From a virus (Duplodnaviria; Caudoviricetes), in the IMG/VR virus record IMGVR_UViG_3300050331_000115, positions 1 through 61,963 of that record: a DNA stretch of 61,963 nt. One strand, written 5' to 3'. Every line of letters starts with the position of its first letter. Position 1 is the stretch's first letter. The translations under genes were made by a program, and so were the position numbers. Below are positions 47,928 to 57,219 of this stretch, piece after piece. A model generated the notes under the pieces. That model was not told the origin of the DNA. It made no database searches and saw nothing but the letters and a program-made list of their open reading frames with translations.

Positions 47928-49655
47928 TCAAAACGGAATTTCGTCCATTGCTGCCCAGTCTTCCTTGTTCATGTACGTGCGCAGTCCGCCGTCCCGCGGC
48001 AGCACCAGGTTCCCCTCGCGCTTCGGCGGAGGCACGTAGGACTCATCCTTGCTTTCGCCTGCCATGCTGTCGGTGACATTCCAGTAGCGCCCGTCCTTTT
48101 TCAGGACGACGTGGCTGGTGATCAGCAGTTCGCCGGCGCGATCGAGGAACTCGTCGACGGTCTTCGGGAACGGCGTCTTGCCGCCGTGCTTGGCCCACCA
48201 ACGGTTGGCCTTGCTATTGGCGTAGCTGCCTTTCGGGTGCTCGCCGTGCTGGGGACAAACCCATTCACTCGCCCGTACGCGCTCGGTCTCGTACGTCACC
48301 TTGACCGACGGCACGCCGCCTGGCTTGTCGTGGTAGGCGAAGGTGCGGCCGATGACGGGTTCCCACAGCGGCTCGTCGGTGGAGAGGATTGGGGCGACGT
48401 CGGCAGTGGTCGTGAACTTCTTTTCTTCGCTCGGCGGGAACTGGTAGCCGCAGCACGGGCAGACCATGACGGAAATATGCACGAGTTCGTCGCACCCACC
48501 ATCATCGCGCGGGCACTGCTTTATAGGAGGCTCTCCGTCACCATCTCCAGGTGCCTTTGGTCGGATGAGGTCGATTGGCCCAAACCGTCGAAGGTTCCCA
48601 CCATGGTCGAGCACGAGGCAGTCCTTCTTGCCGGGGAAGTTGCGCGTGCCGCGACCGAGGATCTGCACAAAGAGACCGGGAGACTTGGTGGCGCGGATGA
48701 CCGAGATCAGGTCCACGAACGGGAAGTTGGCGCCGGTGGTGATCATGTTCGCCGACGCGATTGACCATAACTTGCCTGCGCGAAAGTCCGACAGAATGCG
48801 ACGCTGATCTGCCTCAGACGTGCGGCTGGTGAGTGACTCGCACGTGCGGCCCTGAAGCCGAACTTCGTCGCGAACGTGGTCGGAGTGATCCTGCCCAGAA
48901 CAGAAGAAAAGCGCGGCGCGTCGATCTGCGCCCCACATGAGGGCCTCCCGAACTGCGGCCTCAGTGATCTCAGTCTTGTCCGCCGCGCGTGCCATCTGGC
49001 CTGGGACGAATTCTCCGCCGCGCGTGCCTACCCCCTTGAGGTCGATCGTGGTTTCGGTGTTCTTGTTGGACAGACGAGTCAGATACCCTCGATCGATTAG
49101 ATCGGTGATGCTAATCTCGTAGACGATGTCGTCGAACAGCGCGCCGTCACCATCGGTGAGCATGCCGGAGTCCATGCGGTACGCAGTGGCCGTCGTCCCA
49201 ACAATGCGACTGTCCGGGTTGGCTTTGCCGATGGCTGTAAAGAATTTCCCGTACTGGGTGTCCGCTTTGCGGCTGATGGCGTGGGCCTCGTCCACTATCA
49301 CGAGATCGACCTGCCCGAGGGCGGCGACTTTGTTGGCCACGCTCTGGATGCCACAGAACAGCACCTGCGCATTGCGGTCGCGGCGATTGAGGCCGGCGGA
49401 GTAAATTCCCGCTGGAGCGAACGGCGAGAGTCCGACGAACTCCTTGAAGTTCTGCTCGACCAAGGTTTTGCTATGAGTCACATTTAAGATACGCATATCG
49501 GGGTAATCGGCCAGCAGTTCCTCGATGATCTTGGCAATTACAAGGGCCTTGCCGCCGCCAGTCGGAAGCACGATCAGGCCATTGCCGCCACCGCCCGCCC
49601 AGTAGGCGTAGAGGGCGTCGATCGAGGCCCGCTGATAATCCCTAAGCTGCAGCAT
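47928..49655 (-). CDS. SF2 DEAH helicase with Zn finger (RadD/YejH-like)
   Basis: LRDYQ, PTGGGK, DEAH, TAT, QILGRGTR, Cys cluster. Confidence 0.93.
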   Translation of the reverse strand: MLQLRDYQRASIDALYAYWAGGGGNGLIVLPTGGGKALVIAKIIEELLADYPDMRILNVTHSKTLVEQNFKEFVGLSPFAPAGIYSAGLNRRDRNAQVLFCGIQSVANKVAALGQVDLVIVDEAHAISRKADTQYGKFFTAIGKANPDSRIVGTTATAYRMDSGMLTDGDGALFDDIVYEISITDLIDRGYLTRLSNKNTETTIDLKGVGTRGGEFVPGQMARAADKTEITEAAVREALMWGADRRAALFFCSGQDHSDHVRDEVRLQGRTCESLTSRTSEADQRRILSDFRAGKLWSIASANMITTGANFPFVDLISVIRATKSPGLFVQILGRGTRNFPGKKDCLVLDHGGNLRRFGPIDLIRPKAPGDGDGEPPIKQCPRDDGGCDELVHISVMVCPCCGYQFPPSEEKKFTTTADVAPILSTDEPLWEPVIGRTFAYHDKPGGVPSVKVTYETERVRASEWVCPQHGEHPKGSYANSKANRWWAKHGGKTPFPKTVDEFLDRAGELLITSHVVLKKDGRYWNVTDSMAGESKDESYVPPPKREGNLVLPRDGGLRTYMNKEDWAAMDEIPF

Positions 49656-49763
49656 TTAGACTCGTGTGGTGGCTGTGGTGGTCGGCTGGTTAGGCCGGTG
49701 GTGTGGTGTCGCATAAAGACGCATATGGTGAAAGCAGAATGCGCGACTTATGAACAATTTTCG

Positions 49764-50129
49764 TTACTGCACCAGGCGCACCTCGACGCCGGCCTTCTCT
49801 GCGCGTCGCACCATGTCGCGCGTTCCGGCTCCGCCAGGGAACGCGACGACAATGTCCGGCTTGCCCTCATCGAGCATCAGTTGGTTGCGGATGCCGCCGG
49901 CGCGCTTGCCGTAGGCGTCCCAGTCGGCGGGGTATGCCTCGCACTCCTGCCAGTTGGACACTGCCCATTGATCAGCCAACGCATCGGCGCCTCGTGCGGC
50001 TCCGTGGATGATGGTCAGCCGGTGCTCGCCAAGCGGGTATTGTCCACTGACGCACGCGATCTCATCGAGCACGTCGAACACCTTCTTGCCGTCCTCGTAG
50101 TCGCGGCCACCGCACACCAGAACTCTCAT
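49764..50129 (-). CDS. DUF2493/SLOG-family protein
   Basis: VLVCGGRDY, IHGAARGAD, IRNQLML, FPGGAGT. Confidence 0.88.
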   Translation of the reverse strand: MRVLVCGGRDYEDGKKVFDVLDEIACVSGQYPLGEHRLTIIHGAARGADALADQWAVSNWQECEAYPADWDAYGKRAGGIRNQLMLDEGKPDIVVAFPGGAGTRDMVRRAEKAGVEVRLVQ

Positions 50130-51067
50130 GCCGTTTCTCCTGTGGACGCCCCATCCGTCCACACCTCCCCCGTGGCGCGCAGCCTGTAAGTAATGGTTTC
50201 CGCCTCCTCGTCCGCATCTACCTGTTCGCCCGGCACCATGCCTGGCAAATACAGGTGCGCGCCGCACGCTGCCTTCTGTTCGTCGATCGACAGCGGCTTG
50301 CTGAAACGTGCGCATGACCAGTGGCCGTCGCCGGTCATCTCCGGGGTGGCGTGGATGCATGAGCGGCACGTCACCCGCGGCCATGCGCTGGCATGGCAGA
50401 CCGCCTTGTGTTTGCAGAACATGCAGCCGAAGAACTCCGGATCCTCGCTGATGCGAGCCGGCGGCTCGTGAGCGGCGATGATGCGCTCGGCTCGGGCCAG
50501 CAGTCGCAGGCAGAACTCCATGTCGTACTCGACACGTTCGCTGTAGAGTGTCTCGTCGTTCTTGTTCGTCACGAGATAGAGCCCGCGATCGAGGCCGAAC
50601 GCGTGCATGCCCATCTGCACCTGGACATAGTGCTTCGGTTGCGCCTCCTTGAGGCCCTTCTTGAGCAGGATGGCGAAGTTCTTGTCGTTCATCGACTTGA
50701 ACTCGGCGAGGTGCTCTGTCGCCGGCGCCTCTGGCAGGCCGCGCAGCTTGGCGTCGCACTTGCCACGGACGTGGCCGAAGACGAGCCTGATGCGGTCCTG
50801 CTGGCCGAACACCTCGACGCCGATCGCCTCGAGGTCGTCTATCAGGCGTTGTTCTTCGATGTCGCCGCGGCGGAAGATGCGGACCTTGCGGCCGTCGACC
50901 CGCTCTGGCGCCGAAGCCCAGCGAAAACTGTACCACAAGGCGCGATCACACTCGGTGCCGAGTTCGCCGACGCTGATGCCGTAGCCGTCATAGGCTTCGT
51001 TGGAGTCCTCATACGCCTGATAGATCGCGCGGACAGTCGATGGCTGGATAGGCGGGATGGGGGCCAT
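50126..51067 (-). CDS. Cas4-like PD-(D/E)XK exonuclease
   Basis: ECDRALWY, GKCD, AEFKS, QVQMGM, CMFCKHKAVC. Confidence 0.88.
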   Translation of the reverse strand: MAPIPPIQPSTVRAIYQAYEDSNEAYDGYGISVGELGTECDRALWYSFRWASAPERVDGRKVRIFRRGDIEEQRLIDDLEAIGVEVFGQQDRIRLVFGHVRGKCDAKLRGLPEAPATEHLAEFKSMNDKNFAILLKKGLKEAQPKHYVQVQMGMHAFGLDRGLYLVTNKNDETLYSERVEYDMEFCLRLLARAERIIAAHEPPARISEDPEFFGCMFCKHKAVCHASAWPRVTCRSCIHATPEMTGDGHWSCARFSKPLSIDEQKAACGAHLYLPGMVPGEQVDADEEAETITYRLRATGEVWTDGASTGETA

Positions 51068-51149
51068 TAGCGGGCGCTGCCCGCTAGGAACACGAGGGCC
51101 AGGCCGATTGCGAACGGAGTGAGCACGAGTAGCCATGAGATGTCGACCA

Positions 51150-51479
51150 TCACACCACCTCCCCACCAACTCCAGCCGACACGAATGCCACGAACTCCGG
51201 ATTGTCGCGCCACACCTGCGACAGCACGTCTGCCAGGCACGTCACGGCACGCTCCTCCGCTTCCTTGGCGTCGAGGTGTGCCGCATCCCACGCCGCATGC
51301 AGCGTCTCGTGCAGCAGCGTGGCCGCGGCCCGCGCCCGACCGTAGTGCGTCGCCACGCGGATGATGCCGTGGTTCGAGTCGTAATCGCCGAAGCGCTCGT
51401 CGGCGTCCGACTGCTGCCAGCCGAGTTCGACGATGTGGATGTCTCTCCATCCGACGCGAATGCTGGTTGGTAGGTTCAC
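51150..51479 (-). CDS. Small zincin-like HExxH protein
   Basis: TLLHETLHA...EE. Confidence 0.7.
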   Translation of the reverse strand: MNLPTSIRVGWRDIHIVELGWQQSDADERFGDYDSNHGIIRVATHYGRARAAATLLHETLHAAWDAAHLDAKEAEERAVTCLADVLSQVWRDNPEFVAFVSAGVGGEVV

Positions 51480-51676
51480 AACACCCCCTCCGGAAACATC
51501 TCGATCGTCCGTTCGCACCGCTTCGGCTTCGGCTTGGGCAGCAGACCGATGGCAACATCGAGCGCCGACCTGATGTCCCCGGCCACCAGTCTGCCCAGCA
51601 CGTCGGCGTCGCCGGTCTTCGCCCACAAGTGCAGTGTTTCGAGGACTTCTCTGGCTTCGTCGCGGTTCATGGTCAC
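51476..51676 (-). CDS. Small hypothetical protein
   Basis: Coupled on both sides. Confidence 0.55.
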   Translation of the reverse strand: MTMNRDEAREVLETLHLWAKTGDADVLGRLVAGDIRSALDVAIGLLPKPKPKRCERTIEMFPEGVL

Positions 51677-52773
51677 ACCGCCACCCGGTACGAGCCCATG
51701 ACGCCGACCCAGTTGTCGTTGCCTGGAACAGTCATCCGCGAGAAGCTCACCGCGTCCTTGATGGCGAGATCCACGACCTCACCCGGCGCCGCAGCGAGCA
51801 TGTCGCTCAGTAACCCAGACTGGAACGCCAGCGACACCTCGGCGCCGTCGTACTCAGTGGGGACCTCGTCGACGGCGTCACGGCCGTCCTTGTCGGCAGC
51901 CTTTAGCGTCACCGCTCCGGTCGCCACATAGACACGCACCGGCTTGCCGGAGATGTCGGCAGTCACGATACTGACTCGACCAACTGCATCTGCGAACTCC
52001 GCCTTGTCGAGCCGCACCACCTTGTCGCAGCCTTGCGGGAGGCCGCGCTCGTACTGCAGGTACGGCTGCTCGATCAGTTTGGCCGTCAGCGCCGTGCCGT
52101 CGGCCGTCACGGAAATCATGGACTTGCCGACGCGCAGATCGACGGCACCCTTGGGCAGCATGCCGACGACGCGACCCGGCACGACGACGCCGGGCATGCC
52201 TGCCGCGTCTTCCGGCAGGTCGGTGTCGTGGATGGCCATGCGCGCACCGTCTGCGCCAACGGCGCGCAACTTGCCGTCGTGGGCGTGCAGGTAGACGCCC
52301 TCTAGGCACGGCCGCTGCGGGTCGCTGGCGGACGCTGCGAACGCCACGGGAGCGAACAGTGCCGCAAGGTCAGCGGTGAACGTGGCGTCGAACGTGGCGC
52401 CGGCTAGCGTCGGCATGCTCTTGCTGGGAACGGACGGCAGCTTGAACCGCGAGCGTCCGGCCTTGATGGTCAACGTTCCGGTGTCGGCGACGGAGCCCGG
52501 CTCCAACTCCAGCGACACGGTGTCGCCGGCCAGGCGCTTGACGATGTCGTATAGGTTGCGCGCCGGAACGCAGGCTGTCCCCTGTCCGTGGACAGTGGCC
52601 GGGACGGTAGCGGTGATCTCGATGTCGAGGTCGGTGCCGCGGGCGGTCAGCGCACCATCTGCCGCTGTCAGGACGACGTGGCTCAGGATGGGGATGTGAT
52701 GACGGGTCTCGACAACCTTGGCGATCTGCGATAGGGCTTTCGACAGTTCTGCGCGTTGGACTTCTGCGTGCAT
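51673..52773 (-). CDS. dnaN: DNA polymerase III beta sliding clamp homologue
   Basis: IPILSHV, GTDLDI, GRSRFKL, LEGVYL, KLIEQPY; about 366 aa. Confidence 0.9.
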   Translation of the reverse strand: MHAEVQRAELSKALSQIAKVVETRHHIPILSHVVLTAADGALTARGTDLDIEITATVPATVHGQGTACVPARNLYDIVKRLAGDTVSLELEPGSVADTGTLTIKAGRSRFKLPSVPSKSMPTLAGATFDATFTADLAALFAPVAFAASASDPQRPCLEGVYLHAHDGKLRAVGADGARMAIHDTDLPEDAAGMPGVVVPGRVVGMLPKGAVDLRVGKSMISVTADGTALTAKLIEQPYLQYERGLPQGCDKVVRLDKAEFADAVGRVSIVTADISGKPVRVYVATGAVTLKAADKDGRDAVDEVPTEYDGAEVSLAFQSGLLSDMLAAAPGEVVDLAIKDAVSFSRMTVPGNDNWVGVMGSYRVAV

Positions 52774-52873
52774 GAGCTCGCTCCGTGGTGGAGTGTTGGG
52801 CCGCAAGGCCCGTGGTGGTTAGGACGGCGAGCCTCTGTGGTGGTGGCTCGCCGTCGCCGTTTCTGGCGGTGGT

Positions 52874-53464
52874 TTACTTCTTGGCACCCCATGGCCGCTT
52901 CGGCGCTTCACCGGCAGCAGGCGCCGCCTTCTGGCCGTTGTCGTTCGCGGCGGCCCGGTTGCCGTTGGCCGCGGCGGTCGGACGCGGTGCAGCCTTAGCC
53001 GCCGGCACCTGGCCCTCGTCGGGGAAGTAGAACTTCTTGATCTCGTTCTTGGCCGGGTACGTCGGCACGCCGTTGGCGTCCTTCTCCTTGCTCGGCTTGC
53101 CCATGCCGATCTTCGCGGTGAACGACTTGAACATCAGGTCGTCGGTGTCGCTCACCGGGTCACTGATGCCCATGGCGCGGCAGAGCGCCGCGAACTGCGA
53201 CTGGCCGATGGTCTGCGCCTGTGCCGTGGGGTGCTCGAGGTTGAAGTAATCGAACACCTTGCGGCCCTTGTAGTCCTCCGGCTCGATCACCTGGTAGGTG
53301 ACCTTGACGCCGACCTTGCGTGTCCTTGGGCTGTCAGGGTCGGTGATCTTGACGTCGGCGGTCTCGACCTCGAGCACGTAGTCGCCATCGGGCAGGTTCT
53401 CGAAATCGGCGCGCTGCTCGGTGTCGTGTTCGGTGGGGTTGAAGGAAGTGCCAAGACTGGCCAT
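52874..53464 (-). CDS. DUF669-like single-stranded DNA-binding protein
   Basis: LPDGDY, YKGRKVFD, KNEIK, tail ending RPW with AAANDN. Confidence 0.8.
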   Translation of the reverse strand: MASLGTSFNPTEHDTEQRADFENLPDGDYVLEVETADVKITDPDSPRTRKVGVKVTYQVIEPEDYKGRKVFDYFNLEHPTAQAQTIGQSQFAALCRAMGISDPVSDTDDLMFKSFTAKIGMGKPSKEKDANGVPTYPAKNEIKKFYFPDEGQVPAAKAAPRPTAAANGNRAAANDNGQKAAPAAGEAPKRPWGAKK

Positions 53465-53490
53465 TGGGTATGCTCCTGGTGGTGTGGCGG

Positions 53491-54693
53491 TTAGGCGGCG
53501 ATGGTGAGCGCGGAGGCGGGGAAGCCATGGCTGTTGTGGCCGGGGCGCGCCCCGTCGAGAACAACGTTGTAGTTGTCGGCGACGCCGGTGGTGATGCGGC
53601 CGGTGACGGTGCCGGAGATGGTGACCTTGGCGCCGACGGGGATGGCGGGCCTGGCCGCCCTGACCAGCGACCACTCCCCCAAGAAGACGCGGCGAGCCTC
53701 GCCGTCGGACGCGACGATTTTGCCGCTCGCATCCACCGTGTATTCGCGCCCAGCTGTGTAGAAGCGCCCGCCCCACGACTCGCATCGCACCACGTTGCCA
53801 GGCTTGGCGTCTTCGATGCTCCACGCTGCTGTTGCTTCCGCAACAGCAGCCGGTTCCGGTTCGACCCACTCGGCGACGAGGTCTTCGTGCGGTGAACGGC
53901 TGTCGTTCTGCACCAGACCCGCGTCGCTGTAGTAGCCGATATCGAAACTATAAGAGGTCCACGGGTAGCCATCGTCCCACCCACAGTTCTCCATCGGCCC
54001 CACCTTGCGACCGTCGCGCGTCCGGTAGAACTTGCCGGCCTCGATGGTGAGGGGCGCAGGCGCGATGTCATCCTCGCCGACCCAGTAGCCGAAGCCATCA
54101 TCGACGCGCCTTCCGCAGGTGTGCGCCCAGTCGAGTTTCTTGTCGAACTTGATCGCGATGCCGAGCTTACCATCGCCTACAGAGGCGATGGTCGCAGGCG
54201 CGTCGGTGAAGTTGCCGGCGACCTCGCGCACCATGACGACACGGTCGCCGACCTTCGGCCGCCACGCCTTGGTGGCGCGCGCGGCGGGCAGCAGTTCCAT
54301 ACCCTCGGTGGTGAGCCACCAGCCGCTTCCCGGTGTGATTTTGGCCCCAGACGAAAGTCCGTCATGTCCGTCGCGCCAGGCGTCGAACTCAACGAGGGCC
54401 GTGTCGCCGTCGACGCAGCGTACAGTCCCGACCTCACCTTTGGGCGCGCCCTCTGTGGCCCGCACCCTGTCGCCGACCTTCGGTGTATAGGTGGGCTTGT
54501 CCTCCGCGGGGGCATCGCCGTCGTCGATCACATACAGGTCGCTCTTGAACTGCCACAGTTCCGCACCCTCTTGGGCGAGCGGCCCCAAGCCGTTGTACTT
54601 GACCAGCCGCTCGCCCTTCCGCTTGTCGACGATCACGCCTTCGTCGCCATCCTGATCGCGCACTCGTGCGCCAATTCCGTATTTGCCGCCCAT
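53491..54693 (-). CDS. Modular protein with repeated KVGDRV (SH3/KOW-like) units
   Basis: Repeated GARVR/KVGDRVR/KVGDRVV/VGAKV modules. Confidence 0.7.
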   Translation of the reverse strand: MGGKYGIGARVRDQDGDEGVIVDKRKGERLVKYNGLGPLAQEGAELWQFKSDLYVIDDGDAPAEDKPTYTPKVGDRVRATEGAPKGEVGTVRCVDGDTALVEFDAWRDGHDGLSSGAKITPGSGWWLTTEGMELLPAARATKAWRPKVGDRVVMVREVAGNFTDAPATIASVGDGKLGIAIKFDKKLDWAHTCGRRVDDGFGYWVGEDDIAPAPLTIEAGKFYRTRDGRKVGPMENCGWDDGYPWTSYSFDIGYYSDAGLVQNDSRSPHEDLVAEWVEPEPAAVAEATAAWSIEDAKPGNVVRCESWGGRFYTAGREYTVDASGKIVASDGEARRVFLGEWSLVRAARPAIPVGAKVTISGTVTGRITTGVADNYNVVLDGARPGHNSHGFPASALTIAA

Positions 54694-54727
54694 AGCGGTT
54701 TCTCCTCGTGGTGGTGGTGGTGGTGGG

Positions 54728-55501
54728 TTAGTCGCCGACGCCCGTGGGCGCCGGAAAGTGCTTGCTGAGCTCGGCGTAGCCGGCGCCCTTTTTGAAGACG
54801 ATCGAGGCCGGCATCGAGTACCTGTTACCCGCGATGAAGCCGGCGCGCTCCTCGAGGTGGACCTGGCGCTCGGCGCCGCCCTCCGCGTGAGTTACCTTCT
54901 TGTTGAAGCCGACCTCCTTCTCCTTGAGTGAGACGCGGTAGTTCATGAAGCCGATGATGTCGGCCTTCTCCTGCGCGAGCGCCGCGGCACGCTTCTGGAG
55001 CTTGATGCCGTATCGCGAGTACGGGTCGCTGGTCGGCGAGTCGAAGCGCATGATCTCCGGATGGGCGATCAGCACCACGGCAAGCCCGGCGGACTTCATG
55101 GCAGAGACAGCTTGGAAGAACTCGTTCCACTCGGCGTCTGCGGCAAGGTAGCCCTTGCCAAATCCGGGCTCCTCGATATTCGCCCAGCCGTTGCGCCGGC
55201 AGGCCGCCGCCCACACCAGCGGCTCGAGGCCGTCGAGGCTGTCGACGATCACGGTCTTGCGGTCGTGGTCGGTGGTCAGCAGGTCGCCGAAGACGTTGAG
55301 CAGATCGTCGAATGACTCAACGGTGCCGGGGGTGGCGAGTTCGACGTCCTCCGGTGTGCGCTCCCCATCAGTGGGCAGGTAGATGGGGTCCGGAAACTCC
55401 GCGGCCAGAGACGTCTTGCCGACCTTGCCGACGCCATAGAGCAGGACGACGGGCGGATTGCTCGACTTGCTCGAGCGCAGCGATGAAAGCGAAAGGGCCA
55501 T
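54728..55501 (-). CDS. Sak4-like AAA ATPase/recombinase
   Basis: YGVGKVGKTS, VDSLD, GFGKGY, LIAH, AGNRY. Confidence 0.88.
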   Translation of the reverse strand: MALSLSSLRSSKSSNPPVVLLYGVGKVGKTSLAAEFPDPIYLPTDGERTPEDVELATPGTVESFDDLLNVFGDLLTTDHDRKTVIVDSLDGLEPLVWAAACRRNGWANIEEPGFGKGYLAADAEWNEFFQAVSAMKSAGLAVVLIAHPEIMRFDSPTSDPYSRYGIKLQKRAAALAQEKADIIGFMNYRVSLKEKEVGFNKKVTHAEGGAERQVHLEERAGFIAGNRYSMPASIVFKKGAGYAELSKHFPAPTGVGD

Positions 55502-55707
55502 CAGAGATACCCCAGGACCGCGCCGACGGGGGCGGCGAGGACGCCGACCACGCGGATGATGAAGAACGCCGTAATCGGTTCTGCTGCGGCGCCGAAAATC
55601 TTGACGATGTTCAGAATCCAGCCGAGCCCTGCGGCGATCCACAGCAGGATGAGCGCGATGGCGAGGAAGCCGCCGACGTTGCTGTCGGACGTTGTACGAT
55701 ATGACAT
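55501..55707 (-). CDS. Small membrane protein
   Basis: GWILNIVKI...RVVGV...GAVLG. Confidence 0.7.
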   Translation of the reverse strand: MSYRTTSDSNVGGFLAIALILLWIAAGLGWILNIVKIFGAAAEPITAFFIIRVVGVLAAPVGAVLGYL

Positions 55708-55752
55708 TGGTAGTGTCTCCTTAGTGGTGGTAATCAGATGATGGTGGGTAGC

Positions 55753-55980
55753 CTAGTTGACGGTGCCCGCAATATCGATCGCCGACCCGTAGACCCACTG
55801 CTGCGTCAGGACGCCAACGTCGTTGACGTACTCGACGAGATACTGCTGATCCTTGTGGACGTATTCGGTGCGCCCGATCACCTGGCCAGACGCGCCCGAC
55901 CACAGCAGTGTAACAACATCTCCCAGGTCGAACTCCCACGCTGCACCGTCGTCGACGGGAGCCCCGGCTTCCTGCATCAT
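55753..55980 (-). CDS. Small hypothetical protein
   Basis: FDLGDVV...GQVIGRTEY...YLVEY. Confidence 0.65.
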   Translation of the reverse strand: MMQEAGAPVDDGAAWEFDLGDVVTLLWSGASGQVIGRTEYVHKDQQYLVEYVNDVGVLTQQWVYGSAIDIAGTVN

Positions 55981-56014
55981 TTTCCAGCCTCACAATGTGA
56001 ATCAGTGCGAATAT

Positions 56015-56105
56015 CAAGACGCATTTATTCGCATATGCCAACCATAAAGGCGCATCTGCATTGACTTATGAACAAAAAAATGCGTATTGGGCAATTGGGC
56101 GTCAA
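56015..56105. promoter_or_regulatory. Immunity control region with divergent promoters
   Basis: AT-rich gap, TTGAC on both strands, CGCAT repeat, GACTTATGAACAA element. Confidence 0.65.
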
Positions 56106-56121
56106 CGAGGACCAACGAAAA

Positions 56122-56796
56122 ATGAGAAAAATCTCATCCAAGATCAAAGACTTGAGGTCCATCCTTGGTATGGACCAAACCGCATTCGGGAAGCTGATAG
56201 GGGACGTCGACCAGTCCACAGTCTCCCGGTGGGAGCGGAATGTGCAGAAACCAGGCGCCGGGCACATCATCCGGATGGCGGAATTAGCCGGGGTATCGCC
56301 GCAGCAGTTTCTTGGCATTGCGGCCCCCGGCGGGTCTGCTGCGGATCGCCGGGTTCGTGTGATCGGATCGCTGCAGGCCGGCGATTGGCGCGAGGCGTTG
56401 GAGTGGCCTACGGAAGAGCAGTACGAGGTGCCCGCGCCGCTGCCGCAGGATTTGCAGGACCGCGAACTGATCGGGTTTGAGATCCACGGCCCGAGCATGA
56501 ATCAGGTTTACCCAGACGGCTCTGTCGTCTACGTCGAGCCGCTGTTCAGCCTTGGGCGCGAGCCCAAGAGCGGCGAGCGCGTAGCCGTACAACGAGTGTC
56601 GGCCGACGGGACGTACGAAGCCACCTGCAAGGAATACGTTGTGGGGCCTGATGGCCATGCGTGGCTGTGGCCGAGGTCGAATGACCCTCAACATCAAACA
56701 CCGATTCCGTTTGTCGACGGTCGGCGCAGGACCCGCGAGGTGTTGATCATAGGTGTGGTCAGGGCCGCGCTTATCGTGGAAAATCCAAACACATAA
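56122..56796 (+). CDS. CI-like repressor (XRE HTH plus S24 peptidase)
   Basis: QSTVSRWE, QAG cleavage site, GPSM, TCK. Confidence 0.92.
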   Translation: MRKISSKIKDLRSILGMDQTAFGKLIGDVDQSTVSRWERNVQKPGAGHIIRMAELAGVSPQQFLGIAAPGGSAADRRVRVIGSLQAGDWREALEWPTEEQYEVPAPLPQDLQDRELIGFEIHGPSMNQVYPDGSVVYVEPLFSLGREPKSGERVAVQRVSADGTYEATCKEYVVGPDGHAWLWPRSNDPQHQTPIPFVDGRRRTREVLIIGVVRAALIVENPNT

Positions 56797-56828
56797 TCAC
56801 GGGATGGCGCATATTTGCGCCATCCTTG

Positions 56829-56858
56829 TTGACGTTTTTATGCGAATGCGTCTATAGT
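56829..56858 (+). promoter_or_regulatory. Sigma70 promoter of rightward early operon
   Basis: TTGACG-N17-CTATAG. Confidence 0.7.
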
Positions 56859-56955
56859 GACATAATTCGAGTCACACAGAGGGCGGAAAAATGCGCGGCG
56901 CACCACCACAGACGGCCTGCAACCAACTGGATGGGATGGTGCCGGAGTAAGCGCG

Positions 56956-57219
56956 GTGAACGCGCTTCGCGTCATAGACGCGGTGGCAGAGGAGACGCGC
57001 ATCCCGGCAAGGGAAATTCTAGGGAAAAGCAGGCTGCGGCCGATTGTGATGGCCAGGAGGAAAGCGATGCGAAAACTGTATGTCGAACATGGACGCAAGA
57101 CGCCGGAACTGGCGGAATTATTCGACTGTCTCGCCACCAGTGTGCGCCACCATCTGATTGCCGCCGGCGTCGAGCTTGGCGCCGCCACCCGCCCCATGAA
57201 GCGAAAGGAAGACGCATGA
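56956..57219 (+). CDS. DnaA C-terminal-like HTH protein
   Basis: EILGKSR...IVMARRKAM...TPELAELF...TSVRH. Confidence 0.75.
   Translation: MNALRVIDAVAEETRIPAREILGKSRLRPIVMARRKAMRKLYVEHGRKTPELAELFDCLATSVRHHLIAAGVELGAATRPMKRKEDA

Noticed and set aside
54708-54726. GTGGTGG tracts as Chi-like recombination sites
   Set aside because: Orientation follows gene direction and position follows the RBS, which favours an RNA-level role; not fully excluded.
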